Source: Macrostomum hystrix (Eukaryota; Animalia; Platyhelminthes). From it: a DNA stretch of 64,000 bases. Shown here in pieces: positions 1 through 11,029 of the stretch. Numbering within the stretch: the stretch's first letter is position 1; the number at the start of each line of letters is the position of its first letter. The translations under genes were made by a program, and so were the position numbers. The notes below the pieces were generated by a model. That model ran no database searches. It was not told where the DNA came from and was given only the letters and a program-made list of their open reading frames with translations. The stretch spans positions 14,880,001 through 14,944,000 of the forward strand of contig CATNEN010000039.1 in NCBI GenBank assembly GCA_950097015.1, in the 5' to 3' direction.

Positions 1-29
1 TTGCTCCTGACGGACGTCGAGAACTGCTG

Positions 30-3000
30 GTGAGGGTTCTGCTGGATACCGCAAGCAATCGGTCGTATATTCGAGAAGACGTATGCGACTTGCTCCAGTT
101 TGAACGGTTTGCTGAGGAAAGTTTGAAAGTCTCTGCCTTTTCTGGAATCGCTACGACGGTGAACTCTTCAAGAGTGAAATTCCACATTCGCAAGGTTGAC
201 TCCATGGAGATCATCAGACTGGAAGCTAATGTCGTAAAGCAGATCTGTCAGCCTCAGACTTCAGTTATCGTCAATTCGTTTCAACACCTTCGTGATGTAG
301 ACCTAGCGGATCCATATGACCCACGTGACATCAGTACTCCAATCTCGATCCTCGTAGGCTCAGATCAATACTTCCAAATTGTAGGCGACAACGTGATTCG
401 TGGCACCTCAGGACCAGTCGCCATTTCCTCTAAGCTAGGATTCCTTCTCTGTGGTCCTCTAGCGATCGAGGGGTCAGCCAATGATGAGCCCATCGTTTCC
501 GAAGATTCAGCTGATTGTAGTACGGCTCAGACCTTGTGCTGCGCTACTCCTGATGATGCCTTTGCCACAACTGACTCGTCGAAGTGTGACCTCTCTTCAT
601 TCTGGCGACTTGAAGCACTAGGGATCAGTGAGCAAAAGGATGATTCCACGGAGGGTTCGTTTATCTGTAATCCAAGGCTCGAGAACGGTCGGTACAGCGT
701 CAGTCTACCATGGAAATACCCGGAAGGCTCAGTGCCGTTGGATGATCACTTCGACATGGCGTACAGTAGACTGTCGTCCACAACTCGTGCTCTGAGGAAG
801 GATCCAGAGACTCTGACAAAGTATAGCGGAATCATTTCGGAACAGGAAGCTTCGGGCATAATCGAGAAGGTGCCCGAGAAAGATCTTGGCAAGAACACTT
901 GTCATTATATGCCTCATCACCACGTCATAAAGTCAGACAGTGAGCACACAAAGATACGTATTGTGTTTGATGGATCTGCCAGACTTCGAACAGGCGACTT
1001 CTCAATCAATGATCTTCTTCAAGCTGGTCCGACTGATGTACCTCTGATCCCAGAAATTCTGATGAGATTTCGCAAACATCCGATCGCCATCATAGGAGAC
1101 ATAGAAAAAGCCTTCTTGCAGATTGCCATCGATAGTGAGGACAGAGACTATCTGAGATTTCTGTGGACTAACCCGAGTGAGTCGGACAAGGTTTTTCACT
1201 ATCGCTTCTGTAGATTGCCGTTCGGTCTTACGTGCTCTCCTGGTGTATTGAGAGCTACGGTCCTTCAACACATTGATAGCCAGAAGAATAATTTTCCACT
1301 CGCCGCTGAGATTATTCGCAAAGACTTGTACGTCGACAATTTAGTGACAAGCTGTAAATCTCTAAGTGACGCATTCAATCTCTACAAAGATGCAAAAAAT
1401 ATCTTCAACCTGGCTGGCATGAATATGCGACAGTGGAAATCCAACTCAGATTCGTTCAACAGCTCGCTACCCGATCAGGATGTTGGTCATACAGAAAAAG
1501 TGCTTGGACTCCACTGGGACTCGGTCAGGGACACATTCGTCATGCAGTTTTCTGAACTAGTTACCCACGTCAACGGATCCTCTTCAACCAAGAGGTCGAT
1601 GCTAGGAGTACTTGCGTCTGTGTACGATCCGTTAGGAATCTTGTCACCCTCTTTGACTGTTGTCAAGGTGATGCTACAGAAACTGTGTGTTCGCAAGTCG
1701 GGTTGGGACGACGAACTTCCGCCAGATATCGCCGAGAGTTGGAACCGTTGGTTACAGTCGTTGTCGAGCTCACGCTTCGAAGTTCCTCGCTACCTTTTCG
1801 CCGATCTCGATTCGGAGCCAGTTCGAATGGAATTACATGGATTCTGTGATGCAAGCGAATCTGCTTACGCTGCCTGTGTCTACATTCAGGCCCGGTCGGA
1901 AACAGACAACGTTTCAACGCATTTAATTCAGGCCAAAACGCGCGTGGCACCGCTATCAAATCTTAGCATCGCTAGACTAGAACTGCTGGGAGCCCTAATC
2001 TTAGCTCGTCTAATACGCACGGTGTCTTTGCAATTTCCCAGCATGACGCGTTATCTCTGGACAGACAGCAAGACAACTCTGCAGTGGATCACCAACACCG
2101 ACAAGCTTCGCCAAGTTTTCGTTCAAAACCGCGTTAAGGAGATCCGGACTCTCACGTCAACGTCCGAGTGGCGACATGTTCCCGGGGAACTGAACCCCGC
2201 CGACCTGCCATCTCGAGGCTGTCTTCCAGGGCAGCTACAGAAAAACAAGGTGTGGTTTAGTGGTCCCGAATTTCTTCGATCAGGCATCTACCCAGCTTCG
2301 TCTGAAGATAAGCATTCGAGCGCAGTCGCGGAAGATCATAACTCTGCAGAAGCACTATCAACAGTCGCTGAACAGCCCATGGAATCTAAGAACGTCGATC
2401 GTATCTCTTTAATCATTGACATCGGCAAGTTTTCGAACTATTCGAGAGTTTTACGCGTCCTAGCATGGGTACAAAGATTTGTCCGCAACCTACGGAGTGC
2501 TCGAGCTCAATCGTTAGTCAATAGATCAAGGACGGTGACCGCCGAAGAGTTGACTGATGCAGAAGTCCTATTGGTAAGGTCAATTCAAAGGGAATCGTTT
2601 TCAAAGGAAATCGATCACATTCGGCGTAGCTCTGCTGCAACACATCTGAACAGGAACTTGAATCTGTGGTTAGATGATAAGGGACTTTTGCGTTCACAAG
2701 GTCGTATTTCCGCACTGTCCTTCGAAGTTAATAATCCTATCTTAGTACCTCGCCACAGTCACTTGAAGCAGCTCATTATTCGACAAGCTCATCAGTCCGT
2801 TGCTCACGGGGGAGTTGCCTCAACGCTTAGTAAAGTTCGTGAAAAATATTGGATTCTGAAGGGACGTCAACGAACTAAGCAAGAACTATCGAAGTGTGTG
2901 GTGTGTAGGAAGGTACAAGGACGCTCATACGTTGTACCTCAGATCTCTCAGCTACCTGAGTTTCGCCTTTCCGACATCCGACCCTTTCAATCAGTCGGCG

Positions 3001-3902
3001 TGGACTACTGTGGTCCGATATTCTATCGGACGGGGGAGGATGGTTGTGACTCTCGGAAGGCGTACATTCTACTTCTCACATGCTCATCGACTCGCGCAGT
3101 GCATCTGGAACTGCTTCCTGACATGACCGCATCGCAGTTCTTGAATGGATTACGTCGTTTTGTCAGTCGTCGCGGAATACCTTCCATCATCAGTGACAAT
3201 GCCAAGACGTTCAAGGCTGCCGCGAATATTCTTGGAGCTAGCACCAGCTATGAAGTTCAATCATTCTGTGCCAACAAGAAAATCTCTTGGGAGTTCATTC
3301 CGGAGAAGGCCCCGTGGTGGGGCGGATTTTGGGAAAGACTCGTTGGAATCGTTAAGGATGGATTGAAAAAGAGCATTGGCAAAGCTCTGCTAACATTCGA
3401 TGAGCTATCAACTTCGGTTATCGAAATGGAATCTGTGGTGAACAGTCGACCACTTATGTATGTGTCGGCGGATGAGATCAACGACGTATTGACGCCTGCG
3501 CACTTTCTCTTCGGAACTCGGTTGACTCAGGAGCCAACTCTCTCGTCGAACCGTATCGCCAACGTCCTGCCATTGCCAGCTCGACTCAAACATCTCAGAA
3601 GAGCGTTGAATGTTTTTTGGGATGTATGGAAAACGTCATATGTCACCGCCCTGCGTGAGAAAGCGCTCAAGTCGCATGGAGGAGGACCAGTTGCAAAACC
3701 CGGAGACGTCGTTTTGGTTCAGGGAGAGCCGCATCAGCCAAGACTGCAATGGAAGATGGGTGTGGTAGAGTCTGTCCGTGAGGGTCGAGATGGTGCCGTT
3801 CGTTCCGCAGTTGTACGTCTGGCGAAGGAAAGGGGCTCTCGGGGGGCTGAGCGCATCAGACGGCCTGTCCAAGCTCTCATTCCTCTTGAATTGTGCATCT
3901 AA
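30..3902 (+). CDS. pol: Bel/Pao polyprotein (protease, RT, RNase H, integrase), 5'-partial, uninterrupted
   Basis: Motifs LLDTAS (protease), KIRIVFDGS, DIEKAFLQ, YVDN (RT), LHGFCDAS, NPADLPSRG (Pao RNase H), HHCC zinc finger, SDNAKTF, PWWGGFWERLV (integrase), RPVQALIPLE end. Confidence 0.95.
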   Translation: MRVLLDTASNRSYIREDVCDLLQFERFAEESLKVSAFSGIATTVNSSRVKFHIRKVDSMEIIRLEANVVKQICQPQTSVIVNSFQHLRDVDLADPYDPRDISTPISILVGSDQYFQIVGDNVIRGTSGPVAISSKLGFLLCGPLAIEGSANDEPIVSEDSADCSTAQTLCCATPDDAFATTDSSKCDLSSFWRLEALGISEQKDDSTEGSFICNPRLENGRYSVSLPWKYPEGSVPLDDHFDMAYSRLSSTTRALRKDPETLTKYSGIISEQEASGIIEKVPEKDLGKNTCHYMPHHHVIKSDSEHTKIRIVFDGSARLRTGDFSINDLLQAGPTDVPLIPEILMRFRKHPIAIIGDIEKAFLQIAIDSEDRDYLRFLWTNPSESDKVFHYRFCRLPFGLTCSPGVLRATVLQHIDSQKNNFPLAAEIIRKDLYVDNLVTSCKSLSDAFNLYKDAKNIFNLAGMNMRQWKSNSDSFNSSLPDQDVGHTEKVLGLHWDSVRDTFVMQFSELVTHVNGSSSTKRSMLGVLASVYDPLGILSPSLTVVKVMLQKLCVRKSGWDDELPPDIAESWNRWLQSLSSSRFEVPRYLFADLDSEPVRMELHGFCDASESAYAACVYIQARSETDNVSTHLIQAKTRVAPLSNLSIARLELLGALILARLIRTVSLQFPSMTRYLWTDSKTTLQWITNTDKLRQVFVQNRVKEIRTLTSTSEWRHVPGELNPADLPSRGCLPGQLQKNKVWFSGPEFLRSGIYPASSEDKHSSAVAEDHNSAEALSTVAEQPMESKNVDRISLIIDIGKFSNYSRVLRVLAWVQRFVRNLRSARAQSLVNRSRTVTAEELTDAEVLLVRSIQRESFSKEIDHIRRSSAATHLNRNLNLWLDDKGLLRSQGRISALSFEVNNPILVPRHSHLKQLIIRQAHQSVAHGGVASTLSKVREKYWILKGRQRTKQELSKCVVCRKVQGRSYVVPQISQLPEFRLSDIRPFQSVGVDYCGPIFYRTGEDGCDSRKAYILLLTCSSTRAVHLELLPDMTASQFLNGLRRFVSRRGIPSIISDNAKTFKAAANILGASTSYEVQSFCANKKISWEFIPEKAPWWGGFWERLVGIVKDGLKKSIGKALLTFDELSTSVIEMESVVNSRPLMYVSADEINDVLTPAHFLFGTRLTQEPTLSSNRIANVLPLPARLKHLRRALNVFWDVWKTSYVTALREKALKSHGGGPVAKPGDVVLVQGEPHQPRLQWKMGVVESVREGRDGAVRSAVVRLAKERGSRGAERIRRPVQALIPLELCI

Positions 3903-4440
3903 TCCGTCTCCGTCTCGGATCTCTGTTTCTCTAAATCTTTCTGTTCTGTTCATTGGTGCGAGATCAGCTACCTTGATAATTTTTGCTCATTTTTTGTTCT
4001 CGACTCTTGTTATCGCGTTTCCATCTGTTCTCATTCACTTACCCTTTTTTGCTTCCCTGACCTTCATTTGTACCCGGTAGTTATCATTCAGCCATTTATT
4101 TTTTGCGTCACAACTCGGTTGCAAATTATCATATCATCATTCAATATGTTAATGAGGGACTCGTGACTCGTGAACGTACTTGTAAGGTAAATTTCAATAT
4201 AATTTCTGTCGGCTAGGTCGTTGTCAGTTTTGTTAATTTTTGGCCAACTAATTTATCTACTCGTAAAATCGTAGGTCATTGCTTAATCTTCGTGGAGGAA
4301 ACATTTATTTTTCGTCAATGCTCGTACTTGTGTCCCTTTCAGTCTCTCAAAATTGTCGTTTTTTTGTTGCGTTGCCCTTGTTCAATTGATTCATGCTTAG
4401 TTCGAGCTCGAAATGACAAAGTCTTTGTCATTTGGGGGAG

Positions 4441-4838
4441 TGTAGCGACTTTTGGTTACGCGACTTGTTTGTACTTGCTCTGATTGTGTCTCTCTTTTCT
4501 TTATCGCTGCACCCCCCTCCTTCCCCCTGCCCCTGCTACTCTCCACGATTGTACCCCAACCCCCCTTTCGTCGCTTTCCTTTGTCTGCCTATGTACATCT
4601 GAGGCGGGGTTTAACCCTATCCTTACTATCGATCGCTTCTCTCTAGCCGCTAGTGTTAAGTTCAAATATAATGTCTGGCCCTCTGGGCCTTTGTGAGTCA
4701 TCCCCCATTGCGCTCTCTGTCTCGTTTGAGGTTTGGCCGTATGAACGGGCTCTTGCTGCGAAGATTCAATTAATTGCATGACTTCAACTCGCTTCGCTTC
4801 TTAATTCACTCGAAGTAAAGACACCACCTGACCAGACA
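4441..4838 (+). repeat. Putative 3' LTR of the Bel/Pao element (~398 bp)
   Basis: Starts with TG right after the PPT, has AGTAAA near its end, and ends with CA where the 64-bp satellite begins. The partner LTR is not in the window. Confidence 0.65.
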
Positions 4839-5460
4839 GTTAATGCATCATCCCGACAGTTATTTAAAGGCCTGTCCCGACTGTTAATGCATCGTCCCGA
4901 CCGTTAATCAATCATCCCGACAGTTATTTAAAGGCCTGTCCCGACTGTTAATGCATCGTCCCGACCGTTAATCGATCATCCCGACAGTTAATTGAAGGCC
5001 TGTCCCGACTGTTAGTGCATCGTCCCGACCGTTAATCAATCATCCCGACAGTTAGTTGAAGGCCTGTCCCGACTGTTAATGCATCGTCCCGACCGTTAAT
5101 CAATCATCCCGACAGTTATTTAAAGGCCTGTCCCGACTGTTAATGCATCGTCCCGACCGTTAATCAATCATCCCGACAGTTATTTAAAGGCCTGTCCCGA
5201 CTGTTAATGCATCGTCCCGACCGTTAATCGATCATCCCGACAGTTAATTGAAGGCCTGTCCCGACTGTTATTGCATTGTCGACCCCGACCGTTAATCGAT
5301 CATCCCGACAGTTAATTGAAGGCCTGTCCCGACTGTTAATGCATTGTCCCGACCGTTAATCGATCATCCCTACAGTTAATTGAAGGCCTGTCCCGACTGT
5401 TAATGCATCGTCCCGACCGTTAATCAATCATCCCGACAGTTATTTGAAGACCTGAGCCTA
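4839..5460. repeat. 64-bp tandem satellite (~9.5 copies) built from three related 20-24 bp subunits
   Basis: Unit GTTAATGCATCGTCCCGACC-GTTAATCAATCATCCCGACA-GTTATTTAAAGGCCTGTCCCGACT recurs with period 64 (4861, 4925, 4989). Confidence 0.95.
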
Positions 5461-6229
5461 CAGTTGGTGCATCGTCCCTGGCGTTCATCGATCATCCTGA
5501 ACTGTAGCTGGATGTTTTTATTTTGTTCTGTAATGCATTTATGCCGTAAAGAGGTTCAAATTGCAATTAGAACATTCATCTGCTTGTTCTTTTCAAATGT
5601 AAGTGTTTGTCCCTTTTTATTTTTTTTCTCCAGCGACCAACCAAGTAGTTCACGGTGATTCATTTGTTTTGCTACATTTAGTTTCATATAAAAATATCGA
5701 TCGGAATATCGAGCGGAATATCGAGCGGAATATCTGTCGGTGAATGTTATATACGTGTTGGAGGGCTCTTTCTTATTATTTGCACTTTTCAGTATTTAAC
5801 CAGTATAACACATATAATAAGAGTATTTGTTGTTTCTATGGTAGCACATGAGTGTCCGAGCAGTAAGACACTTTTCTTCACTTTATTAATATGAATAACT
5901 CATATACGTGTATTAGGGACACAAAGTCTTATTTAATTTTCCAGTCCCAATGCAGGGTTACCAGTGGATCGTAGGGTATCAGTTACCCACTCACTATGGA
6001 AACACTCGTTCTCTCCTCACCCTGTACAGTCTTGTTTATTTATTGCAATCCCTTTATAGGTTGTCTTCATCACACCCTTTACAGGCTTATACACACTTAT
6101 TTCGGATCCAACCCTTTTTCTTACTATTCAATACGACTTCTGTTGTCTGAGATTTTAGGGAAATCTTGCAGGAGTTTAGGGAAGAAAAATCCACGCTGAG
6201 CAGGACTCTCAGAGTCAGCGGTTGCCACA

Positions 6230-6671
6230 GGGCCAACGGACAAGACATCACACAGCAGGAGGTTAAGGAAGCGCTGGAGGAAATTAACTGAAACCGGGCG
6301 GCCGGTAGAGACCTGATTCACCCCAGCCTGCTCAAGAATCTCCCGGAGGAAGCCCTGGAAGTCTTCTTCACCATCTTCAACAACTCGCTGGAGCTCGCCC
6401 AAGAGGCCGCAGAACTGGAGAACCGCTCACATCATCCCGATCCTTAAGAGCGACAAGCCGGCCGCGGACGCCGTGGGTCCTACAGGCCTTAGTAAGTGGA
6501 TGGAGAGGATTGTACCCAAGCGGCTTCGGTTATTCCGCGAGAAGTCTGGCGGGCTGAGTGACACTCTGGCTAGTTTCAGGATGGGAAGGTCTATGGAAGA
6601 CCGGCTGCTCCGCCTGACATATAGGCATCGATGCAGAGAAGGCTTGTCACCCTGCTGCTGCTCATTGACTT
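6230..6671 (+). pseudogene. Degenerate non-LTR (LINE) reverse transcriptase fragment
   Basis: Frameshifted translation gives GRDLIHPSLLKNLP..FTIFNNSL..PQNWRTAHIIPILK..SYRP..KWMERIV..FRMGRS..LLIDF, typical LINE RT N-terminal motifs. Cut at 6671 by an LTR. Confidence 0.75.
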
Positions 6672-6986
6672 TGTAACGTTAACTTTTCTTTATACCACTG
6701 TTGTGGCTGCTAGCCAAATAAGCGAGGCGAGGCCAAGTCCAGTTAACCAAGGGTGAGGGTGCTCTCTCGCGTAGCGAGAGCCGTGTATATATATTATTGA
6801 ACCTCACATGTACATTGATTACATAAGTACACTATGAGCAAATGTGCATTCACAACATCATCCCCCCTCCAAAGAGGTGACAGGCAACGGCGGGATAGCA
6901 TAGTTTGAGACATGCATTTAATCAGTTCGTATCGCATGTGATTGCTCTCTCCACAACAGTCACTTGAGTCACATGTCGGTTCACAC

Positions 6987-8940
6987 TCAATCGTGGGTCA
7001 CGACACTGCCGAACCATTGAGGCGGTGCACGATGCCTCTCAGAACGACGCAGCGGTGGCATTGGTGGCGCCGGGCTTGTCGGCGCACCCGCTGGCTGGGG
7101 TGGCAGCTCACCGTCACCGTCATCGTCGCACCAGCCGCCGCGGTTGTCTGGGATGCAGCGGCTGATGTGCCAGCGACTGCCATCGGTTAGCGTCAGTGTG
7201 TTGCCGTTGCGACCGACGACCGTCATCGGCTCGGAGATGCCGCTGCCGAGTTTGCTTTTCTTCGGTCGGCGTACGCGGACACGACTGCCGACGGTCAATG
7301 CGGAGCTCCGCGGTTGCTGATTCTGCTTGGAAGGTTTCCGGCGACTTTCGGCTCGCTGCTGTTGTTCCTGGACGGTGCGCCGCAGCGCCTGGCTGGGCGC
7401 GGACTCAGGCTCGGCCGGTTGAAGCCGGTCAAGATGCAGGCGAAGCTTCCGCCCTAGCATCATCTCGGCCGGGGTCTTCTTGGTCAGCGCGTGTTCAGCC
7501 GATCGATACGCTAGCAGGAGTTCCTGCACAGCTTGCTTCATGGCCACGCCGTCGGCCAACAGGGCTCGTAGAGAAGACTTGATGAAGCCGTTGAACCTTT
7601 CGACTCCGCCGTTCTGCTGCGGACAATAGAATGGAGTCCGGCGATGCTTGATGCCAAGTGAGCTGAGGAAGTCCGTGAACTCGCTCGACACGAATTGTGG
7701 TCCGTTGTCAGTTGTGATCTCGTCTGGCAGGCCCCAGCGGACGAACAGGCTGCGAAGGGCCTCGATGCAGGCAGTAGAGGTTACGGATGAAGACGCGATG
7801 ATCTCGGGCCACTTGGAGTAGAGGTCGTGGACTACGATGAGGAATCTGTGCGAATTTGGCGCTTCGGTTGCCGGGAGCTCTCCGACGATGTCGACTTGGA
7901 GCTGTCTCCACGGGCCGGCTGGTAGTTCCGTGGTTGACCAGGGCACCTTGATCGGCTTGAACGCCTTCTCCGACAGAATGCAGGCACTGCAGTTCCTCAC
8001 GAATGTCTCCACGTCGCTGTCAATGCGCGGCCACCAGACAGTTTCGCGGCATCGCGCCTTGACCTTCGCCACGCCGAGATGCCCTTGATGCGCCTCCGTC
8101 AACACCAGGTCGCGGAGTGAGGCTGGGATGACCGCACGGCTGCCTCTCGCCAGACAGCGCCCGTCGTTCCACAGGCAGAGCTCGTGCTGCACCTGATGGA
8201 AACCCTTCAGGTCGCTAGGAGTCTCGGTGGGCCATCCGTTGAGCACGAACTGAACGACTCGCTGCAGTTGGTCATCGCTAGCTGTGGCCTCGGCGAGCTG
8301 AGCAACTGAAATAGGCTCGGAGCTCCTGGCAAGCACTAGGTTGATGTCTGACTCAGTTTGACGTTGATCAATCGATTCTTGGCCGATCTTTTTACGATCG
8401 TAGCCGTAGCGGGACAGAAAGTCAGGTTGGACGTTTAGCTTACCAGGAACATACTCGATGTCAAAATCGTAGACGAAGAGTCGCTCACACCAGCGTTGAA
8501 GCCGAAGAGGCCGCTGGCCGCTTCCGCGTGCTGATAGCAGGGTGGTCAGAGCCTGGTGGTCGGTCAGCAGCTTGAACTTCCGGCCGTACAGCAGAAGGTG
8601 CCAGTGCTCGCAGCTCCAGACGCAGGCCAGGGCCTCCTTCTCCGTCGCGGAGTAACGGCGCTCGGTGTCGGACAGAGCGCGCGAGGCGAAGGCGACTGGA
8701 CGAAGTTGTCCACGCTCGTCAATTTGGCCCAGAGTAGCGCCCAGGGCGACGTCGCTGCTGTCACACGAGACGACTGTTTCGTGGCTCTGATCGAAGAATT
8801 TTAGACACGGCGCGGATGAGATGAGCCGCTTGACCTCACTGAAGGCTGCCTCGCACTTCTTGTCCCAGTTCCAGGGCACATCCTTACGCAGGAGCGCTGT
8901 CAGCGGCTCGGCGACATGCGACAGGTTCTTGATGTAGAAC
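6987..8940 (-). CDS. pol: Gypsy A RNase H-integrase (continues after the frameshift)
   Basis: CDSSD, EKEALA, TDHQAL (RNase H); HQGH..C..C zinc finger; TDNGPQF, NGGVERFN (integrase). Confidence 0.9.
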
Positions 8941-11029
8941 TGGAGAACTTTGCGAAACCGAGGAAGGAAGCAAGCTCGGACGCGTTCGTCGGTGCCTTGA
9001 GTTGCTCTACTGACTCAGCGTGGGACTGAAGCGGCTGGATGCCGGTGGCGCTGATCCGATGTCCGACGAACTGGATCTCTGGAACCTTGAAAACGCACTT
9101 CTTGAGGTTGATGGTGACTCGGTGATGCAGCAGCTTGTCCAGGACTCGGAAAAGGCGTTTGTCATGCTCGGCTTCCGTTGCCGCGTGCACCGCGATGTCA
9201 TCTTGATAGTGCATGACGCCGTCGATGCCTTCCAGGATCTTGCCGACGACCTTCTGGAAGGCCGCCGGAGCTGAGCTGATTCCGAATGGCATTCGCTTGA
9301 ATCGGTACAGGCCGGATTCTGTGTGGAAACAGGTCAGGTTCTTGGCGTCTTCGTGCAGCGGCAGTTGCAGGTACGACTGGTTGAGATCAATCCGCGAGAA
9401 CCACTTGGAGTTGGAAAACTCGGTAACTAGGTCGGCGAATGTTGGCAGTGACATCGAGTCTGGGACAATCGCCTTGTTGACACTGCGCAGATCGACGCAG
9501 AGGCGAAGCTTCCCGTCAGACTTCCTGGCGCAAGTGACATTCGATTGCCAATCAGGAACGTCGCCTTCGGCGCGCTCGATGATGCCTTCTTCCTTCCAGC
9601 GATGGATCTCCGCAGCACACTCTTGGCGCAGAGCGAGCGGCAGCCGGCGCATCCGCTGGGCTACCGGCGGCACGGTCGGGTCTACCCTGGGGCGGTGGCA
9701 GAAGCCCTTGATCTCGCCGAGACCGGTGCCTAAAGTGTGGTACTTGGCAGGAATCCAATCTGGCATAGGTGGCATACCTGAAGCCTCGTTACCCGAGCTA
9801 ATAGTGAAGATTTGATGGCCGGAAGGTCCGAGGACCTTGCAGTCGAGTTTGTCCATCAGGTCGATGCCCATCAGGTCGTCGCCGTCCATCACAATTGTGA
9901 AGGTGAACAACGGAAGCTGAACGCCGTCGAACTCGACCCTGGCATCGATCTCGCCGGCGACGCTGATACTGGAGCCGTTGTAGGAAAGCAGCTTCTTGTC
10001 GCACGGGCGCAGAGGAATTTTAGATCCGAAGATTTTGCGGCTTGTCTCCATGCTGAGGATGGAGACTTTGGCGGCTGTGTCCACCAGTAACGGGATGCTG
10101 TGACCATTGATTCTTATGCTGGCCCTCTTGTATTGGCCTTTGTGGCTCGACCCGACAGCGAAGATACTCTGCTGTCTGGAGCTGTCTATCTCGACGCCTT
10201 GAATCTTCTTTTGGCCTGAGGTCGGTGCCGTCGTGCTGCTCTTGCACACCTTGGCGAAGTGGTTGAGCCTCCCGCACTTCGTGCACGCCTTGCCTCGTGC
10301 CGCACAGCGCGGATCACTGCCTGTGCGGTGGCCTCGCTGGCCGCAGTGCGAGCAGCAGAACTGGTTCTGCTGACCCGTCTGGCGCTGCTTGGCGTCGTAG
10401 GAAGCTCTCTTAAAGTTGATCTTCTTGATGCTGTCGTCGGCTGCTGTCTTGCCAGTCAGCGAATTCTCACTGTGGACCGCCATTTCCACCTGGGCTGCAA
10501 TTTGGATTGCCCCGCCCAGCGTGAGCTCCTTCTCAAGTAGGAGTCTTTCGCGCACCTTTGAGGACGAGGTGCCAAAGATCAGCTGGTCCAGGATGAGGTC
10601 GTCATGGAGGACTCCAAACTGGCAGTCCTTGGCGGCATGGCGCAGATTTGCCACAAAGGCTTGCACGCCTTCGGCGCTTCGCTGGACGCACTTCCGGAAT
10701 TCGTGCCTCTTGGCATACACGCTCACTGCTGGCTGGAAGTGCTGCTTCAGGAGATCGCATGCCGCTGCTAGTGTTGTCGGAGCCGTTTCCTGGTCAGCCG
10801 AGAGAGTCCGGTAGATTCGTACTCCTTCGCGCCCAAGGCAGTGGGTGAGCAGCGCAATCTTCCTGGCTTCTTGCAGGCTATCGATTCCGGATGCTAGCAG
10901 GTAGGTGTCAAACTCAGCGGCCCAGATTTCCCACGAAACTGCAGGTGTTCCTGGGTTGTCCAGAAATGGTGGAGGTTCTCTGAGGTTCAGGCGTAGTGCT
11001 GGCGCTGTGGCATTCTCAGTGCTACCCAT
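8900..11029 (-). CDS. gag-pol: Gypsy A gag-protease-RT (first ATG at 11029); frameshift near 8935-8945
   Basis: Two zinc knuckles (CSHCGQRGH.., CTKCGRLNHFAKVC), LVDTAA protease, LRLCVDLR, RMPFGI, YQDD. Confidence 0.9.
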   Translation of the reverse strand: MGSTENATAPALRLNLREPPPFLDNPGTPAVSWEIWAAEFDTYLLASGIDSLQEARKIALLTHCLGREGVRIYRTLSADQETAPTTLAAACDLLKQHFQPAVSVYAKRHEFRKCVQRSAEGVQAFVANLRHAAKDCQFGVLHDDLILDQLIFGTSSSKVRERLLLEKELTLGGAIQIAAQVEMAVHSENSLTGKTAADDSIKKINFKRASYDAKQRQTGQQNQFCCSHCGQRGHRTGSDPRCAARGKACTKCGRLNHFAKVCKSSTTAPTSGQKKIQGVEIDSSRQQSIFAVGSSHKGQYKRASIRINGHSIPLLVDTAAKVSILSMETSRKIFGSKIPLRPCDKKLLSYNGSSISVAGEIDARVEFDGVQLPLFTFTIVMDGDDLMGIDLMDKLDCKVLGPSGHQIFTISSGNEASGMPPMPDWIPAKYHTLGTGLGEIKGFCHRPRVDPTVPPVAQRMRRLPLALRQECAAEIHRWKEEGIIERAEGDVPDWQSNVTCARKSDGKLRLCVDLRSVNKAIVPDSMSLPTFADLVTEFSNSKWFSRIDLNQSYLQLPLHEDAKNLTCFHTESGLYRFKRMPFGISSAPAAFQKVVGKILEGIDGVMHYQDDIAVHAATEAEHDKRLFRVLDKLLHHRVTINLKKCVFKVPEIQFVGHRISATGIQPLQSHAESVEQLKAPTNASELASFLGFAKFSSSTSRTCRMSPSR

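Larger units (their letters stand above)
1..4838 (+). mobile_element. Bel/Pao LTR retrotransposon, 3' part (pol, 3' UTR, PPT, 3' LTR); 5' end lies outside the window
   Basis: Pol ORF has PR-RT-RH-INT order with Bel/Pao signatures. A purine run GGGGGAG (4434-4440) precedes TGTAG...AGACA. Confidence 0.92.

Noticed and set aside
4839-5460. CRISPR-like appearance of regularly spaced repeats (also 34256-34534 and 47347-47886)
   Set aside because: The intervening sequences are themselves repeated, there are no unique spacers or cas genes, and the context is eukaryotic.
5744-6200. Possible solo LTR starting TGTTATATAC
   Set aside because: No matching terminus or TSD identified.
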